Below are positions 92,901-103,912 of a DNA stretch of 248,000 nucleotides, in pieces. The notes under the pieces are model-generated. The model searched no databases. It was given only the letters and a program-made list of their open reading frames with translations, and was not told where the DNA came from. The first letter of the stretch is position 1; the number at the start of each line of letters is the position of its first letter. The position numbers and the translations under genes were made by a program. The stretch is from Hyalangium minutum (GTDB taxonomy: Bacteria > Myxococcota > Myxococcia > Myxococcales > Myxococcaceae). The stretch covers positions 20,001-268,000 of the forward strand of contig NZ_JMCB01000004.1 in assembly GCF_000737315.1 (NCBI RefSeq). Direction: 5' to 3'.

Positions 92901-95791
92901 CAGTTACCTCCCGAGGCCCGGTGAGCGCGGATGGACTGGTGCGCGAGCGCCACGAGGATGAGCAACGTGGAGCCCAGCACCAGGCAGAACACGCCCAGGT
93001 CGAAGAACAGCGCGCTTCCGATGTGGAGCTCGCCCAGCACCGGCACGCTCAGATGGAAGGTGTGCGAGGTGAGCAGCGGGTACCCGACGGCGAGCGCCCC
93101 CGCGGCCGTGCCGAGGACAAACAGGAGCCCCATGCCTATCAGCGCGCGCGGCGCGAGGCGCACCCGCTGCTCGATCCACTCCGTCCCGGAGACGATGTAC
93201 TGGAGCAGGAAGCCCACCGACATCACCAGCCCTGCCACGAACCCGCCACCCGGCGCGTTGTGTCCACGCAGGAAGAAGAACGCCGCCACGACTCCCGAGA
93301 CGGGCAGGAGCAAGCGGATCAGCACCGCTGGGATTGTCAGGTAACCCGTCGCCGTGTCGCGCGTCTCTCGTGGAGTCACCAGATCTGTCTGCACGTCCTT
93401 CGGCTGCGCCTGCTGTTGAGGAGGGAGCTTCATCACCTCGGACGCGGGCCGGAAGCGCCGCAGGAGCGCGTAGACCGTGAGCGCGACGAGCGAGAGCACC
93501 ACCCCCTCCCCGAAGGTGTCGAACCCGCGGAAGTCCACCAGCATCACGTTCACCACGTTCCGCCCGCCTCCGCCGCTCAGTGAGTGCTCGAGGAAGAAGG
93601 AGGTGCGCTCGGGGAGCTCGCGCGTCATCACCGCATAGGCCAGGAGCGCCATCCCGCAGCCGCTGCTCACCGCGATGATGAAGTCGCGGATTCGCCGGCC
93701 TCTGGCGATCCGCCGGGTATGCGCATCGTACACGCCGCGAGCTGGCTCCCGCGCCGGGAGCCACCTGAGCCCGAGCAGGATGAGCAGCGTCGTCACCACC
93801 TCCACGATGAGCTGGGTGAGCGCCAGATCCGGAGCGGAGAACCAGATGAACGTGATGCAGCTCACCGCGCCCGCGGTCCCCAAGAGCATGAGCGAGGCAA
93901 GCCGGTGGAACTTGGCCTGCCAGGCGGCTCCCACCGCCGCGATGCCTCCGATGACCCACAGCGCGGTGAACACCGGAGAGAGCGGTACCAGCGGGCGATC
94001 TCCCTTGCCGATGCCACCCCACAGCGCCACGACGCCTACCAGCAGCGTGACCAGCACCATCGCCATCAACTGCCGCTGGAGCCCCGCGGTGAGGAGCCAG
94101 CGGCGGATCCACCGGCTCGCCGCGGTGAGCCACGCCAGCAGTGACGTGAAGAGCCGCGCGCCATCGAACCGCTCCACGAAGCGGCCTCCGAGGCCCACCC
94201 GTGCCGCCTTCAGCCGCTGGACCCCCCGGTACAACACCACGCCCCCCCCCAGCGCCAGCGCGCTCATGAGGAGCGGAGGCGTGAACCCATGCCAGAGCTT
94301 GAGGCTGTAGGGGGGGATCTGTCCGCCCACGACCGGCCGGGACGCGGCCTCGAGAATCGGCCCGATCGACACCGCGGGAGCGACGCCCACCACCAGGCAC
94401 AGGAGGACCAGGATCTCGACGGGGACGCGCATCCACTTGGGCGGCTCCTCCGGAACACGCGGGGTGTTCCGCTCGCTGGCGGGTCCGAAGAACACCTGCA
94501 CCGCGAACCGGAGCGAGTAGGCGACGCTCCCCATGCCCGCCAGGGTCGCCGCGATGGGCAGGCCCACCTGGACTGCGGGAATGGCGTCGATGAAGACGGT
94601 CTCGGCGAAGAACATCTCCTTCGACAGGAAGCCATTGAGCAGGGGAACACCCGCCATCGCCGCCGTGGCGACGAGCGCCAGCGTGCCGGTGATGGGCATC
94701 AGGCGGAAGAGCCCCGACAGCCGCCGGATGTCCCGCGTCCCCGTCTCATGATCGATGATGCCCACCGCCATGAACAGCGACGCCTTGAAGGCCGCGTGGT
94801 TCATGATGTGGAACACCGCCGCCACCGCCGCGAGCGGGCTGTTGAGCCCGAGCAGCAGCACCACCAGCCCCAGGTGCGAGATGGTGGAGTATGCGAGCAG
94901 CCCCTTCAGGTCGCGCTGGAACAGCGCCGCCCACGCGCCGAGCAGCAGCGTGACGAGCCCCGCGGAGCCAGTGAGCCAGAACCAGAGCTCCGTCCCAGAC
95001 AGCACCGGCCACAGCCGCGCCAGCAGGAACACGCCCAGCTTCACCATGGTCGCCGAGTGCAGATACGCCGACACCGGCGTGGGCGCCGCCATCGCGTTCG
95101 GGAGCCAGAAGTGGAAGGGGAACTGGGCGCTCTTGGTGAACGCGCCGATGAGGATGAGGCAGAGCGCCACCGGGTAGAGGGGATGGGACTGGACTGCCTG
95201 CGCGCTCCCGAGGACGGTGTCCAGTTCGTAGCTGCCGGCAATCTTCCCGAGCACCAGCAGCCCCGCGAGGAGGCTCAGGCCGCCCATACCGGTGACCGTG
95301 AGCGCCATCCGGGCCCCCCGCTGTGCGTCCTTCCGCTGGTTCCAGTAGCCAATGAGCAGGAACGAGAAGAGGGACGTCAGCTCCCAGAAGAAGGCAAGCT
95401 GCAGCAAATTTCCCGAGAGGGCCACGCCCAGCATCGCCCCCATGAAGGCCAGCAGGAAGGCGAAGAACCTGGGCACGGGATCCGACGGTGAGAGGTAGTA
95501 GCGCGCATACAGCATCACCAGCGCGCCGATGCCCAGCACGAGCACGCAGAAGGTCCACGAGAAGCCGTCGAGCCGCAGCACGAGGCTGAGCCCGAGCGAG
95601 GGGACCCACGCGAAGCGCTCGGCCCACACGCCCCCGTCCTGGACGCTCGGGAAGTGGAGCGCCACGCCCACGAGGCCCGCCAGCGCGGTGAGCCCCGCGA
95701 GCCCCGCTGCGCGGTTCCGGGCACTCGTGGGCAGCAATGCCGCGATGACACCGGCAACCCAGGGAATGACCAGGAGGGCAAGGAGGGGCAT
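92900..95791 (-). CDS. mrpA: Antiporter subunit A/B fusion (group 2 Mrp/PhaAB)
   Basis: KSAQFPFHFWLPNAMAAPTPVSAYLHSATMVK; DFRGFDT; HNAPGGGF. Confidence 0.94.
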   Translation of the reverse strand: MPLLALLVIPWVAGVIAALLPTSARNRAAGLAGLTALAGLVGVALHFPSVQDGGVWAERFAWVPSLGLSLVLRLDGFSWTFCVLVLGIGALVMLYARYYLSPSDPVPRFFAFLLAFMGAMLGVALSGNLLQLAFFWELTSLFSFLLIGYWNQRKDAQRGARMALTVTGMGGLSLLAGLLVLGKIAGSYELDTVLGSAQAVQSHPLYPVALCLILIGAFTKSAQFPFHFWLPNAMAAPTPVSAYLHSATMVKLGVFLLARLWPVLSGTELWFWLTGSAGLVTLLLGAWAALFQRDLKGLLAYSTISHLGLVVLLLGLNSPLAAVAAVFHIMNHAAFKASLFMAVGIIDHETGTRDIRRLSGLFRLMPITGTLALVATAAMAGVPLLNGFLSKEMFFAETVFIDAIPAVQVGLPIAATLAGMGSVAYSLRFAVQVFFGPASERNTPRVPEEPPKWMRVPVEILVLLCLVVGVAPAVSIGPILEAASRPVVGGQIPPYSLKLWHGFTPPLLMSALALGGGVVLYRGVQRLKAARVGLGGRFVERFDGARLFTSLLAWLTAASRWIRRWLLTAGLQRQLMAMVLVTLLVGVVALWGGIGKGDRPLVPLSPVFTALWVIGGIAAVGAAWQAKFHRLASLMLLGTAGAVSCITFIWFSAPDLALTQLIVEVVTTLLILLGLRWLPAREPARGVYDAHTRRIARGRRIRDFIIAVSSGCGMALLAYAVMTRELPERTSFFLEHSLSGGGGRNVVNVMLVDFRGFDTFGEGVVLSLVALTVYALLRRFRPASEVMKLPPQQQAQPKDVQTDLVTPRETRDTATGYLTIPAVLIRLLLPVSGVVAAFFFLRGHNAPGGGFVAGLVMSVGFLLQYIVSGTEWIEQRVRLAPRALIGMGLLFVLGTAAGALAVGYPLLTSHTFHLSVPVLGELHIGSALFFDLGVFCLVLGSTLLILVALAHQSIRAHRASGGN

Positions 95792-95996
95792 CCCTGGCAT
95801 TGCGCCAACCTGTTCGTTCCCACGGCAAGCAGTAATGAGAAGAAAGGCGGCGGAGGGCGTTGGGTAAGTAACGGATGGAGCGCCGTGGGAGGCCTTGGCG
95901 ACCAGCCCTTGAGGGTCTGTCCGAGGAGCACGCGGCACGACAGCCCTTGTGGCCCCTCCTCCTGCGCCCCACTTCTTTCCGTAGGAGAGACCTTCC

Positions 95997-96680
95997 ATGG
96001 TGCGTTTTCGAGATCGCTTCGAGGCGGGCCGTGTTCTCGCTGGGCGTCTGCACGCCTATGCCGGCCGCGGCGATGTGCTCGTGCTGGCGCTGCCACGTGG
96101 CGGCGTTCCCGTGGGCTTCGAGGTCGCGCGGAGGCTCGGTGCGCCTCTGGACGTGTTCGTGGTGCGCAAGCTCGGCACGCCGGGCCACGAGGAGCTGGCC
96201 ATGGGGGCCATCGCCACGGGGGGCGTCCGGGTCCTCAACGAGGACGTCGTCGAGAGCCTCAACATCCCCGAGAGGGCCATCGCGCGCGCCACCGAGCGCG
96301 AGGAGCTGGAGCTGGCCCGGAGGGAGCGGCTCTTCCGGGGCAGCAGACCGCCGCCCCGCATCGAGGGCCAGACGGTGATTCTCGTGGATGACGGGCTGGC
96401 CACCGGCTCCACCATGCGGGCTGGGCTCATGGCGCTGCGCCAGCGGGCGCCCGCTCGCCTCGTGGCCGCCGTCCCCGTGGGCGCCCCCGAGACATGTGCG
96501 GAACTCCAGGAGCTTGCAGACGAGGTGATCTGCGCCATCACGCCCGAGCCCTTCTTCGCGGTGGGCCAGTGGTACGGGGACTTCATGCAGACCTCCGACG
96601 AAGAGGTGTACGAACTGCTGGAGCGCGCGGCGCACGAGCATGAGGAGCGAGGGGCGGGGGCCTCTCCAGAAGCCCCTTGA
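95997..96680 (+). CDS. Phosphoribosyltransferase family protein
   Basis: LPRGGVPVG; LVDDGLATG. Confidence 0.9.
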   Translation: MVRFRDRFEAGRVLAGRLHAYAGRGDVLVLALPRGGVPVGFEVARRLGAPLDVFVVRKLGTPGHEELAMGAIATGGVRVLNEDVVESLNIPERAIARATEREELELARRERLFRGSRPPPRIEGQTVILVDDGLATGSTMRAGLMALRQRAPARLVAAVPVGAPETCAELQELADEVICAITPEPFFAVGQWYGDFMQTSDEEVYELLERAAHEHEERGAGASPEAP

Positions 96681-96740
96681 GCCCAGCGGGAGAGGCGTGC
96701 GGCAGGTGCCTGCCCCGCCTGAAGAGCGGAGGGACAGACC

Positions 96741-97445
96741 ATGGCGGAGCGCGGTGTCACGGAACACGAGGTGCAGGTCGAGGCGGAGCCCGGTGTGCGG
96801 CTGGAGGGCACCTTGAGCGTGCCGGAGATGGCCTTGGGCGTGGTGCTGTTCGCCCACGGCAGTGGCAGTAGCCGGTTCAGTCCTCGCAACCGGTACGTCG
96901 CCAGCGTGCTCCAGCGTGCGGGGTTGGCGACGCTCCTCATCGATCTGCTGACGGCGGGCGAGGAGGAATCCGAGCGGTGGACGCGCCACTTGCGCTTCGA
97001 CATCGAACTGCTGGCGCGGCGGCTCATCGGAGCCAAGCAGTGGCTGATGCAGGCGCCGGAGCTGCGAGGACAGTCCATCGGCTTGTTCGGGTCGAGCACG
97101 GGGGCGGCGGCTGCGCTCGTGGCCGCGGCGCGTGAGCCCGAGTCCATGGGTGCCGTGGTGTCTCGGGGAGGCCGGCCAGACCTGGCGGGCCTCGTGCTGC
97201 CCCATGTGCGGGCGCCCACGCTGCTCATCGTGGGCGGGGACGACGTGGAGGTGCTGGAGCTCAACCGCGAGGCGTTGGATGCGCTGCGCACCGTCAAGCG
97301 GTTGGAGGTGGTTCCGGGGGCGAGCCACCTCTTCGAGGAGCCGGGGACGCTCGAGCAGGTAGCCAGGCTGGCCCGGGACTGGTTCCTCCAGCAGTTTGCC
97401 GCCGCTTCGCGCGAGAGCCCGGCGGGCGAGCCGCCGTCCTGGTGA
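96741..97445 (+). CDS. Dienelactone hydrolase family protein
   Basis: HGSGSSRFSPRN, GSSTG, HLFEE. Confidence 0.88.
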   Translation: MAERGVTEHEVQVEAEPGVRLEGTLSVPEMALGVVLFAHGSGSSRFSPRNRYVASVLQRAGLATLLIDLLTAGEEESERWTRHLRFDIELLARRLIGAKQWLMQAPELRGQSIGLFGSSTGAAAALVAAAREPESMGAVVSRGGRPDLAGLVLPHVRAPTLLIVGGDDVEVLELNREALDALRTVKRLEVVPGASHLFEEPGTLEQVARLARDWFLQQFAAASRESPAGEPPSW

Positions 97446-97594
97446 AGCGCCAGGACCCTGGCAAAATGCCTGGGTGGGTGTGGCACGTTGCCACGGTCTC
97501 TCGTGCCTTGAGGTGGAGTCACGTGGGCGGTCACGCAGGTTCGTAAGTTGCTAAGGATGGCGGCCCCCCCTTGGGACGTTGAGCAGTCCACTCC

Positions 97595-99715
97595 ATGCGC
97601 CATCCTCTGGTCCCCATCCTCCTGCTCTGTGCCGCGCTCGCCGCTGTGGGAGGAGGCGTGCTCATGGTCCTCCAGCGCAGCCGCGCCGAGCTGGTGCAGC
97701 AGTTTGCCCGCGACCGTCAGGCCCAGCTCGATGAGGCGGCTCGGGGTGTGGCCGAGGCACTGGAGGACGTCAGCGAGGATCTCCTCTTCGCCGGAGAGCT
97801 CCTCTCCCAACCCGGAACCTCCGAAGATCATCGGCGCGAGCTGAGGGCCCTGTTGGAGGTCATCGGTCAGTACAAGACCATTGCCTCCTATGACGCGGCC
97901 GGCATCGAGCAGCTCCGGCTGGTGGATCGGCGTGCCGACCCCCTGGTCGTCCAGGGAAAGTTCTTCCCCGCCCTCTCGGAGACTGCGCTCCGGGCGCTTG
98001 AGCGGCCCCCAGGGGACATCACCAGCTCTCCGCCTCTGGCCGTCGGCGCGGAGGGGGGCTGGCTGCGCATCCTCGCCACCGCGATCCCCAGCGAGGAAGG
98101 CCAGCCTCGAGGTGCTGTCGCCGTCCTGGTGGACACGCAGTCCCTCTTCGCTCCGCTCAAGATCGTCACCTCGGATCCCGAGGCACGTCTGCTGCTCATC
98201 GGCGCGCACGGACGGCCCAGCCCTGCCAGTGATGCAGGGCTCGCTGACTGGTACCGGCGGCTGGAGACAGAGCAGGGGCTCGTCCCCACGTACGCCGAGC
98301 TGGCCTCGAAGATGAAGAGTGGCGAGCGCGGCACGCTGATGATCAGCGAGCAAGAAGCGGAACGGCTGGGCCTGGGAAGGGCCGAGGCCGTCGCCGCCTT
98401 CACCGCCATGCAGCTCAAGGGCGGCAGCCACTGGTCCGCCGCCACCCTGGTCTCCACCCATACACTGCGCTCCCACGAGCGGGGGCTCATCTTCCGTCTG
98501 TCGCTGGCGGCCCTCCTGGTGACGCTGTTCCTGGTGGCGTTCGGGATCTACGTCTTCGTGGCCCAGCGCCGCGCTGTAGCCCTGCGCGAGAGCCGCCGGC
98601 ATGCGGATCGGCTCGCGCACCTGCACGACAAGACCCAGAAGATCCTCGACAACATCCCCACTGGGGTGCTGGCCCTGACCGCCGAAGGACGCATCAGCGC
98701 TGTGAACCAGGCCCTGCGCTCCCGGATGCCCTCCCGTGTCGTCGGCATCTCCCTGGCCGAGGCCTTCCCCCATGCGCCCGAGCCGGTGATGAGCCGGATG
98801 CAGGGGCTCGTGGAGGCCGCCACCCGTGAGACCCGTGTGCGCAGCCTCTTGGGAGAACCGCTGGCCCTCTTCGGCGAGGAAGGCCAGTACAGCATCCACG
98901 CCGTGCCGCTGGAGGCCCGCGAGCCCGAGGTGCGCACGCTCCTCGTCGTCGAGGATCTCAGCAACCTCCGCGCCCTGGAGACCCAGCTCCTGCGCGCCGA
99001 GAAGTTCGCCACCGTGGGCGTACTCGCCGCGGGCATTGCTCACGAGATCGGCACGCCCCTGGGCGTGGTCCGAGGCCGCGCGGAGTATGTCCTCGGCAAG
99101 CTGGGCTCAGGCCATCCTCAGGCAGCCGGTGTGGGCGTCATCATCGAGCAAATCGATCATGTGAGCCGGACCATCCGCCAGCTGCTCGACTTCTCGCGGC
99201 TCCAGCCCGCGGCGGTGCGTCCGGTGGCGCTCGGGCCGCTGCTGCGCGACGTGAGCGAGCTGCTCCGCCTGGAGGCCGAGCGGCGTCAGGTCCGCCTCGA
99301 GTGGGAGCTCCCAGAGGGAGTGCCCGCGATCGCCGCTGATCCCGATCAGATCCAGCAGGTGCTCGTGAACCTGGCGCTCAATGCGTGTGATGCGTGCAGT
99401 GCCGGAGGCCGTGTCCGCCTGAAGGCCGCGGCGCCGGATGCGTCCTCCTCGAGCGCCTGGGGGCTCGTGCCGGTCACCGTCGAGGACGATGGGTGCGGAA
99501 TTCCGCCGGAGAGTCTCAACCAGGTGTTTGATCCCTTCTTCACGACGAAGAAGCGAGGGCAGGGAACCGGGCTCGGCTTGACGGTGGTCGCGCACGTCGT
99601 CCGCAACCATGGTGGGCGGGTGGAACTGGAGAGCAAGCCCGGGCGTGGCACGTGTGTCACCGTGCTCTGGCCCGCGGCGGGGCCCGCCGTGACAGAGGAG
99701 CAGCATGGCATCTAA
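97595..99715 (+). CDS. Membrane sensor histidine kinase (PAS)
   Basis: HEIGTPL, NACDA, GTGLGL. Confidence 0.92.
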   Translation: MRHPLVPILLLCAALAAVGGGVLMVLQRSRAELVQQFARDRQAQLDEAARGVAEALEDVSEDLLFAGELLSQPGTSEDHRRELRALLEVIGQYKTIASYDAAGIEQLRLVDRRADPLVVQGKFFPALSETALRALERPPGDITSSPPLAVGAEGGWLRILATAIPSEEGQPRGAVAVLVDTQSLFAPLKIVTSDPEARLLLIGAHGRPSPASDAGLADWYRRLETEQGLVPTYAELASKMKSGERGTLMISEQEAERLGLGRAEAVAAFTAMQLKGGSHWSAATLVSTHTLRSHERGLIFRLSLAALLVTLFLVAFGIYVFVAQRRAVALRESRRHADRLAHLHDKTQKILDNIPTGVLALTAEGRISAVNQALRSRMPSRVVGISLAEAFPHAPEPVMSRMQGLVEAATRETRVRSLLGEPLALFGEEGQYSIHAVPLEAREPEVRTLLVVEDLSNLRALETQLLRAEKFATVGVLAAGIAHEIGTPLGVVRGRAEYVLGKLGSGHPQAAGVGVIIEQIDHVSRTIRQLLDFSRLQPAAVRPVALGPLLRDVSELLRLEAERRQVRLEWELPEGVPAIAADPDQIQQVLVNLALNACDACSAGGRVRLKAAAPDASSSSAWGLVPVTVEDDGCGIPPESLNQVFDPFFTTKKRGQGTGLGLTVVAHVVRNHGGRVELESKPGRGTCVTVLWPAAGPAVTEEQHGI

Positions 99716-101078
99716 GGAACGCATCCTGGTCGTCGACGACCACGTGGAGATGGGGCGGATGCTTCAGGATCCCCTCACGGACGAGGGGTATGAAGTGGAG
99801 CTCGCCACGGGAGGCTCGGAGGCCATCCGGCTCGTGCGTGCCCGCCCGTTCGACGCGGTCCTGAGCGATCTGCGCATGGAGCAGGTGGACGGCTTCGACG
99901 TGCTGGCCGCGGTGCGCGCCATGGACCCCGAGGTGCCCGTGCTGCTGATGACGGCCTTCGGGAACGTCGAGAGCGCGGTGGAGGCGATGCGGCGGGGCGC
100001 CTGGCACTACTTCACCAAGCCCTTTCGGCTGGAGGAGGTGCTCATCTACCTGCGCCGGGCCCTGGACGAGCGGCGGCTGCGCGCGGAGAACCGGGTGCTG
100101 CGCAAGGCCGCGGGGCCGGGCGGACTCGGGGCGCTGGTGGGCCGGAGCGCCGCCATGCGCAGCCTGTACGAGATGATCGAGCCCGTGGCCCACTCGGGTG
100201 CACCCGTGCTGCTCCGGGGCGAGAGCGGCAGCGGCAAGGAGCTGGTGGCGCGGGCGCTGCACTCGGAGGGGCCTCGGGCCGCCGAGCCCTTCGTGGCCGT
100301 CAACTGCACCGCTCTGCCGCACGCACTGCTGGAGAGCGAGCTGTTCGGCCACGTGAAGGGCGCCTTCACCGGGGCCACGACGCCCCGGCGGGGGCTCTTC
100401 GTCGAGGCGGACAAGGGCACGCTCTTCCTGGACGAGATCGGCGACATGCCCTCCGAGCTCCAGGCCAAGCTGCTGCGGGTGCTGGAGGACGGCGAGGTGC
100501 GCGCGGTGGGCGCGGATTCCAGCCGCAAGGTGGAGGTGCGCATCGTCGCGGCCACCCACCAGGACCTGGAGATGCGGGTCCGCGAGGGCCGCTTCCGGGC
100601 GGATCTCTTCTACCGCCTCAACGTCGTCACCCTGCGGATTCCGCCCCTGCGCGAGCGGCGCGAGGACATTCCGCTGCTCGTGGAGCACTTCGTCTCGCGG
100701 GCCCGTGCGAGGAACCCCCGCTCCAAGGTGACGGCGCTGTCGCCCGAGGTGGTCTCCGCGCTGGGCGCCATGCCGTGGCCGGGCAATGTGCGCGAGCTGG
100801 AGAACCTGGTCGAGCGGCTGGTGGTGCTCATTCCCCGGGAGATGGTGGAGGTGGGCGATCTCCGGCTTCACGCACCGGCGGTGAGTCCCGAAGCCCACCC
100901 GCTCGCCCTGGCCCAGGAGGGGGTGTGGCCCCTGCGCCAGCTCGAGGGCGAGTACATCTCCTGGGTGGTGGCCCACTGTGGGGGCAACAAGACGCGGGCG
101001 GCGGAGCTGCTCGGCATCGATGTCTCCACCATCCACCGCCGCGAGCGGGAGAGGGGTTCTGGCAATCCGCCACGGTGA
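99705..101078 (+). CDS. Sigma-54-dependent response regulator (NtrC family)
   Basis: GESGSGKE, ELFGHVKGAFTGA, WPGNVREL. Confidence 0.96.
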   Translation: MASKERILVVDDHVEMGRMLQDPLTDEGYEVELATGGSEAIRLVRARPFDAVLSDLRMEQVDGFDVLAAVRAMDPEVPVLLMTAFGNVESAVEAMRRGAWHYFTKPFRLEEVLIYLRRALDERRLRAENRVLRKAAGPGGLGALVGRSAAMRSLYEMIEPVAHSGAPVLLRGESGSGKELVARALHSEGPRAAEPFVAVNCTALPHALLESELFGHVKGAFTGATTPRRGLFVEADKGTLFLDEIGDMPSELQAKLLRVLEDGEVRAVGADSSRKVEVRIVAATHQDLEMRVREGRFRADLFYRLNVVTLRIPPLRERREDIPLLVEHFVSRARARNPRSKVTALSPEVVSALGAMPWPGNVRELENLVERLVVLIPREMVEVGDLRLHAPAVSPEAHPLALAQEGVWPLRQLEGEYISWVVAHCGGNKTRAAELLGIDVSTIHRRERERGSGNPPR

Positions 101079-101166
101079 GGGTGGCGGGATACCAGGGTGG
101101 ACGGTGGGAGGAGGGGGACTCCCGAGGGAGGAGGGCTCGGGCACGGACGTTGCTTCAACGAGGGGC

Positions 101167-101694
101167 ATGCGCTCATACCTTCTTCCCCTCGTCCTGCTCG
101201 CGATTGGCGCGAGCGCCTGTGCCACGAAGACCGCGGCGACCACCTCCACGGAGGGCGTCTCCTCGGTGGACACCTCGCCGCGTCCCGGCCCGGTGAAGCC
101301 CGCTCCGGCGCCCGCGCCGGTGGCCGAGCTGTCACCGCTGGACTTCGGCCCCATCTACTACGAGCTGGACTCGGCGACCCTGCGGGCGGACTCGCGGGAG
101401 ATGCTCGAGCGGGCCGCGGAGGCCCTGCGGAAGCGTCCCGAGGCGCGCGTGACGATCTCCGGGCACACCTGTGAGCTGGGCACCACCGAGTACAACCTGG
101501 CGCTGGGCCAGCGGCGGGCCGCCTCCGCTCGGGACTACATGGTGAAGCTCGGCGTGGAGCCGGCGCGCATCGGTCTCGTGTCCTATGGCGAGGAGCGTCC
101601 GGCCGAGCAGGGCACGGGCGAGAGTGTCTGGTCCAAGAACCGCCGCAGCGAGTTCACGGTCACTGTGGCCCACGCCCGGGCGGGTACGCCGTAG
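101167..101694 (+). CDS. OmpA/Pal family lipoprotein
   Basis: ASAC lipobox; GTTEYNLALGQRRA; NRR. Confidence 0.9.
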   Translation: MRSYLLPLVLLAIGASACATKTAATTSTEGVSSVDTSPRPGPVKPAPAPAPVAELSPLDFGPIYYELDSATLRADSREMLERAAEALRKRPEARVTISGHTCELGTTEYNLALGQRRAASARDYMVKLGVEPARIGLVSYGEERPAEQGTGESVWSKNRRSEFTVTVAHARAGTP

Positions 101695-101696
101695 CC

Positions 101697-102074
101697 GTGG
101701 GGGCTCGACAGGCCGGTCAGGCGCTGCTGTTGGGCGCCGACGAGTCACTGGCCGCGCTCCTGGCGGATGTTCTCTCGGAGGTGGGCATCTCCCTGCACGT
101801 GGGGGAAGGGCCTCCCGCTCGTCCGGATCTCGTGCTCGTCCAGATCGAGCGCGGCGAGAGCCTCCTGAGCGCGCTGCAGGGCGCCCGGGATGGGACGTAC
101901 CCGGCACCGGTCTTCGTCCTGCTGCCGTTCGCGGACGATCGAATGATGCAGCGCGCGCTGCGGCTGGGCGCTCGGGGGTGCTTCGCGCTCGGGCAGCCGC
102001 TCGAAGTGCTGCGGCGGATGGTGCTCTCGGTGCTCCCCGCCGTGGGTCCGCTCGCGCCCAAGAGGATTCGATGA
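101697..102074 (+). CDS. Degenerate receiver-like protein
   Basis: PDLVLV...ALRLGARG pattern. Confidence 0.45.
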   Translation: MGARQAGQALLLGADESLAALLADVLSEVGISLHVGEGPPARPDLVLVQIERGESLLSALQGARDGTYPAPVFVLLPFADDRMMQRALRLGARGCFALGQPLEVLRRMVLSVLPAVGPLAPKRIR

Positions 102075-102535
102075 GTGATTCCGAGCAGGTGACAGGACCT
102101 CAGTTGGGGCAAGAGGAGACTCTCCTCTTCAACGAACAGGGCGTGCTCGTCACGAGCGAGCGCGTGGTCGCCTCCGGCCGCACGTGGCGAGTGGGCGAGC
102201 TGGTCGGGGTGGGCTCCATTCGCCGCAGTCCGCGCGTCCTCCCCTGGCTGGTGATCCTGGTGCTGGGCGCGATCGTGGGGTTGCCGGTGCTCAGCTCGCT
102301 CCTGGTCAGCCCCCACGCGCCGGGCAGCCTGAGCTACGACGTGGTGCTGGCGCTGGCGGGGACGGCCATCTTCGCCTCCATCGCTGCGCTCGTGGTGGTG
102401 GGAGACAGCTACTGGCTCGTGCTGCGCACGCGGCAGCGAGAAGGGCACGTTCTCCGCAGCCGGGACCCCCAGCTCATCTCGAAGCTGGTGACCGTGGTGG
102501 GCGAGGCCGCGGAGGCCGCGCGCCAGCGGCGCTGA
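102071..102535 (+). CDS. Two-TM hypothetical protein (DUF6232-like)
   Basis: GVLVTSERVV; two hydrophobic helices. Confidence 0.65.
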   Translation: MSDSEQVTGPQLGQEETLLFNEQGVLVTSERVVASGRTWRVGELVGVGSIRRSPRVLPWLVILVLGAIVGLPVLSSLLVSPHAPGSLSYDVVLALAGTAIFASIAALVVVGDSYWLVLRTRQREGHVLRSRDPQLISKLVTVVGEAAEAARQRR

Positions 102536-102577
102536 GCAGGCAGAGCAGGCCGGGGCTGGGAGGCCCCGGGCGAGACG

Positions 102578-103426
102578 TCACGGAACGGTGATCTCCGCCG
102601 TGCCCACCTTGCGGCCGGCGGAGATGGAGATCAGGGCGCGCCCAGGCCCCACCGCCGTGGCCTTGCCGGAGCGGGAGATCCGGACGACGGAGGCATTCGA
102701 GGTGAACCAGTGGACGGGCACGCCTTCCACGGGCTTCCCCCGGCTGTCACGCACCTTGGTCTGGAGCTGAAGCTCCTGGCCTCGCTTCAAGGTAGACGTG
102801 CCCGGGTCGATGGACACCTGCGAGAGCGCGGGCATGACGAGGACGGACAGCTCCTGCCGCAAGTCTCCCAAGGTGGCCGTGAGCACGGCGGTGCCTGGGG
102901 CCACGCCGACGACCTTCCCGGCCTCGATGCGCGCGATGTGCTCGTCGCTGCTGCTCCACTCGGGAGTGCCATGGCGGATGCGCTTGCCCCGCTCATCCAG
103001 CACCGTGGCGGTGAGCCGCTCGGGGCGTCCCACCTCGATGAAGCTCCCATTCCCCGCCTGAAGCACCAGCTTGCCGGGAATGGACACCACGAAGCTCAGG
103101 CTGGCCCGGGCCTTCCCGCCGGAGACGTGGATGGTGGCGCGCCCGGTGCTCCGCGCGGTGACCACCCCGTTCTCCACCGTGGCGACCTCTGGCGCGGAGC
103201 TGGACCAGCTCAGCCGGGGCTCCGCCAGCCGTCGTCCCTGGGCATCGTGCGCCATGGACTCCAGCCTGATGGCTTGGCCTCGCTCCCCCAGCAGGCGAAC
103301 CTCCGGCTCCACGAGCGTCAGCTGCTCGGGAACCGGATCGCACCCGATGAGCAGGGCGCTCGAGAGGAAGCACAGCAGGGGGCGGCGGAGCAGCGGGGGC
103401 ACGATCATTCCGAGGCGCATGGGCAT
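102578..103426 (-). CDS. Big_2 Ig-like domain lipoprotein
   Basis: LIGC lipobox; WSSSAPEVATVENG repeats. Confidence 0.82.
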   Translation of the reverse strand: MPMRLGMIVPPLLRRPLLCFLSSALLIGCDPVPEQLTLVEPEVRLLGERGQAIRLESMAHDAQGRRLAEPRLSWSSSAPEVATVENGVVTARSTGRATIHVSGGKARASLSFVVSIPGKLVLQAGNGSFIEVGRPERLTATVLDERGKRIRHGTPEWSSSDEHIARIEAGKVVGVAPGTAVLTATLGDLRQELSVLVMPALSQVSIDPGTSTLKRGQELQLQTKVRDSRGKPVEGVPVHWFTSNASVVRISRSGKATAVGPGRALISISAGRKVGTAEITVP

Positions 103427-103440
103427 GCGGCGGCAGGGGG

Positions 103441-103722
103441 CTACTTGCGGCCCGTCTTCTTGGGGGGCGGGGGGGCAGGCCTCTCCGCGGCGAGCTTCAG
103501 CTCATCACGCTCCCGCGACACCTCCGTGAGGGTGTCTTCCAAATCCGCGACCTTGGCCTTCAAGGTCTTGTTCTCCGCGCGCAACACGCGCGACTCCGCG
103601 CGCAGCGAGTCGGTCTCCGAGCGCAGTGAGGTCGCCTCCGCGCGCACCTGCCTCAGCTCCTTGGAGGGACCACATGCCGAGAGCAGCCCTCCGGCTAGCA
103701 CTGCCATCACCCAGGTCTTCAT
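103441..103722 (-). CDS. Small coiled-coil lipoprotein (paralog 1)
   Basis: LSACGPSKEL; coiled coil; basic tail. Confidence 0.72.
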   Translation of the reverse strand: MKTWVMAVLAGGLLSACGPSKELRQVRAEATSLRSETDSLRAESRVLRAENKTLKAKVADLEDTLTEVSRERDELKLAAERPAPPPPKKTGRK

Positions 103723-103912
103723 CAACGCCAAGCTCCTCGAGGGCTCGCGCCAGCGGCCTTCCGCTGGAGGCGGCCCACCCGCGAGTGCAGAGCAAGCCGT
103801 GTGCCCACAGCCCAGCTGCTCTGAGTCGCCCGGCTCTGGGCGCGGAACCGTGGCAAGACGCCAGACCTCCCTGGCGTGTTGCCATGCCTCTGTGGCACGC
103901 CCGGGGCCTGCG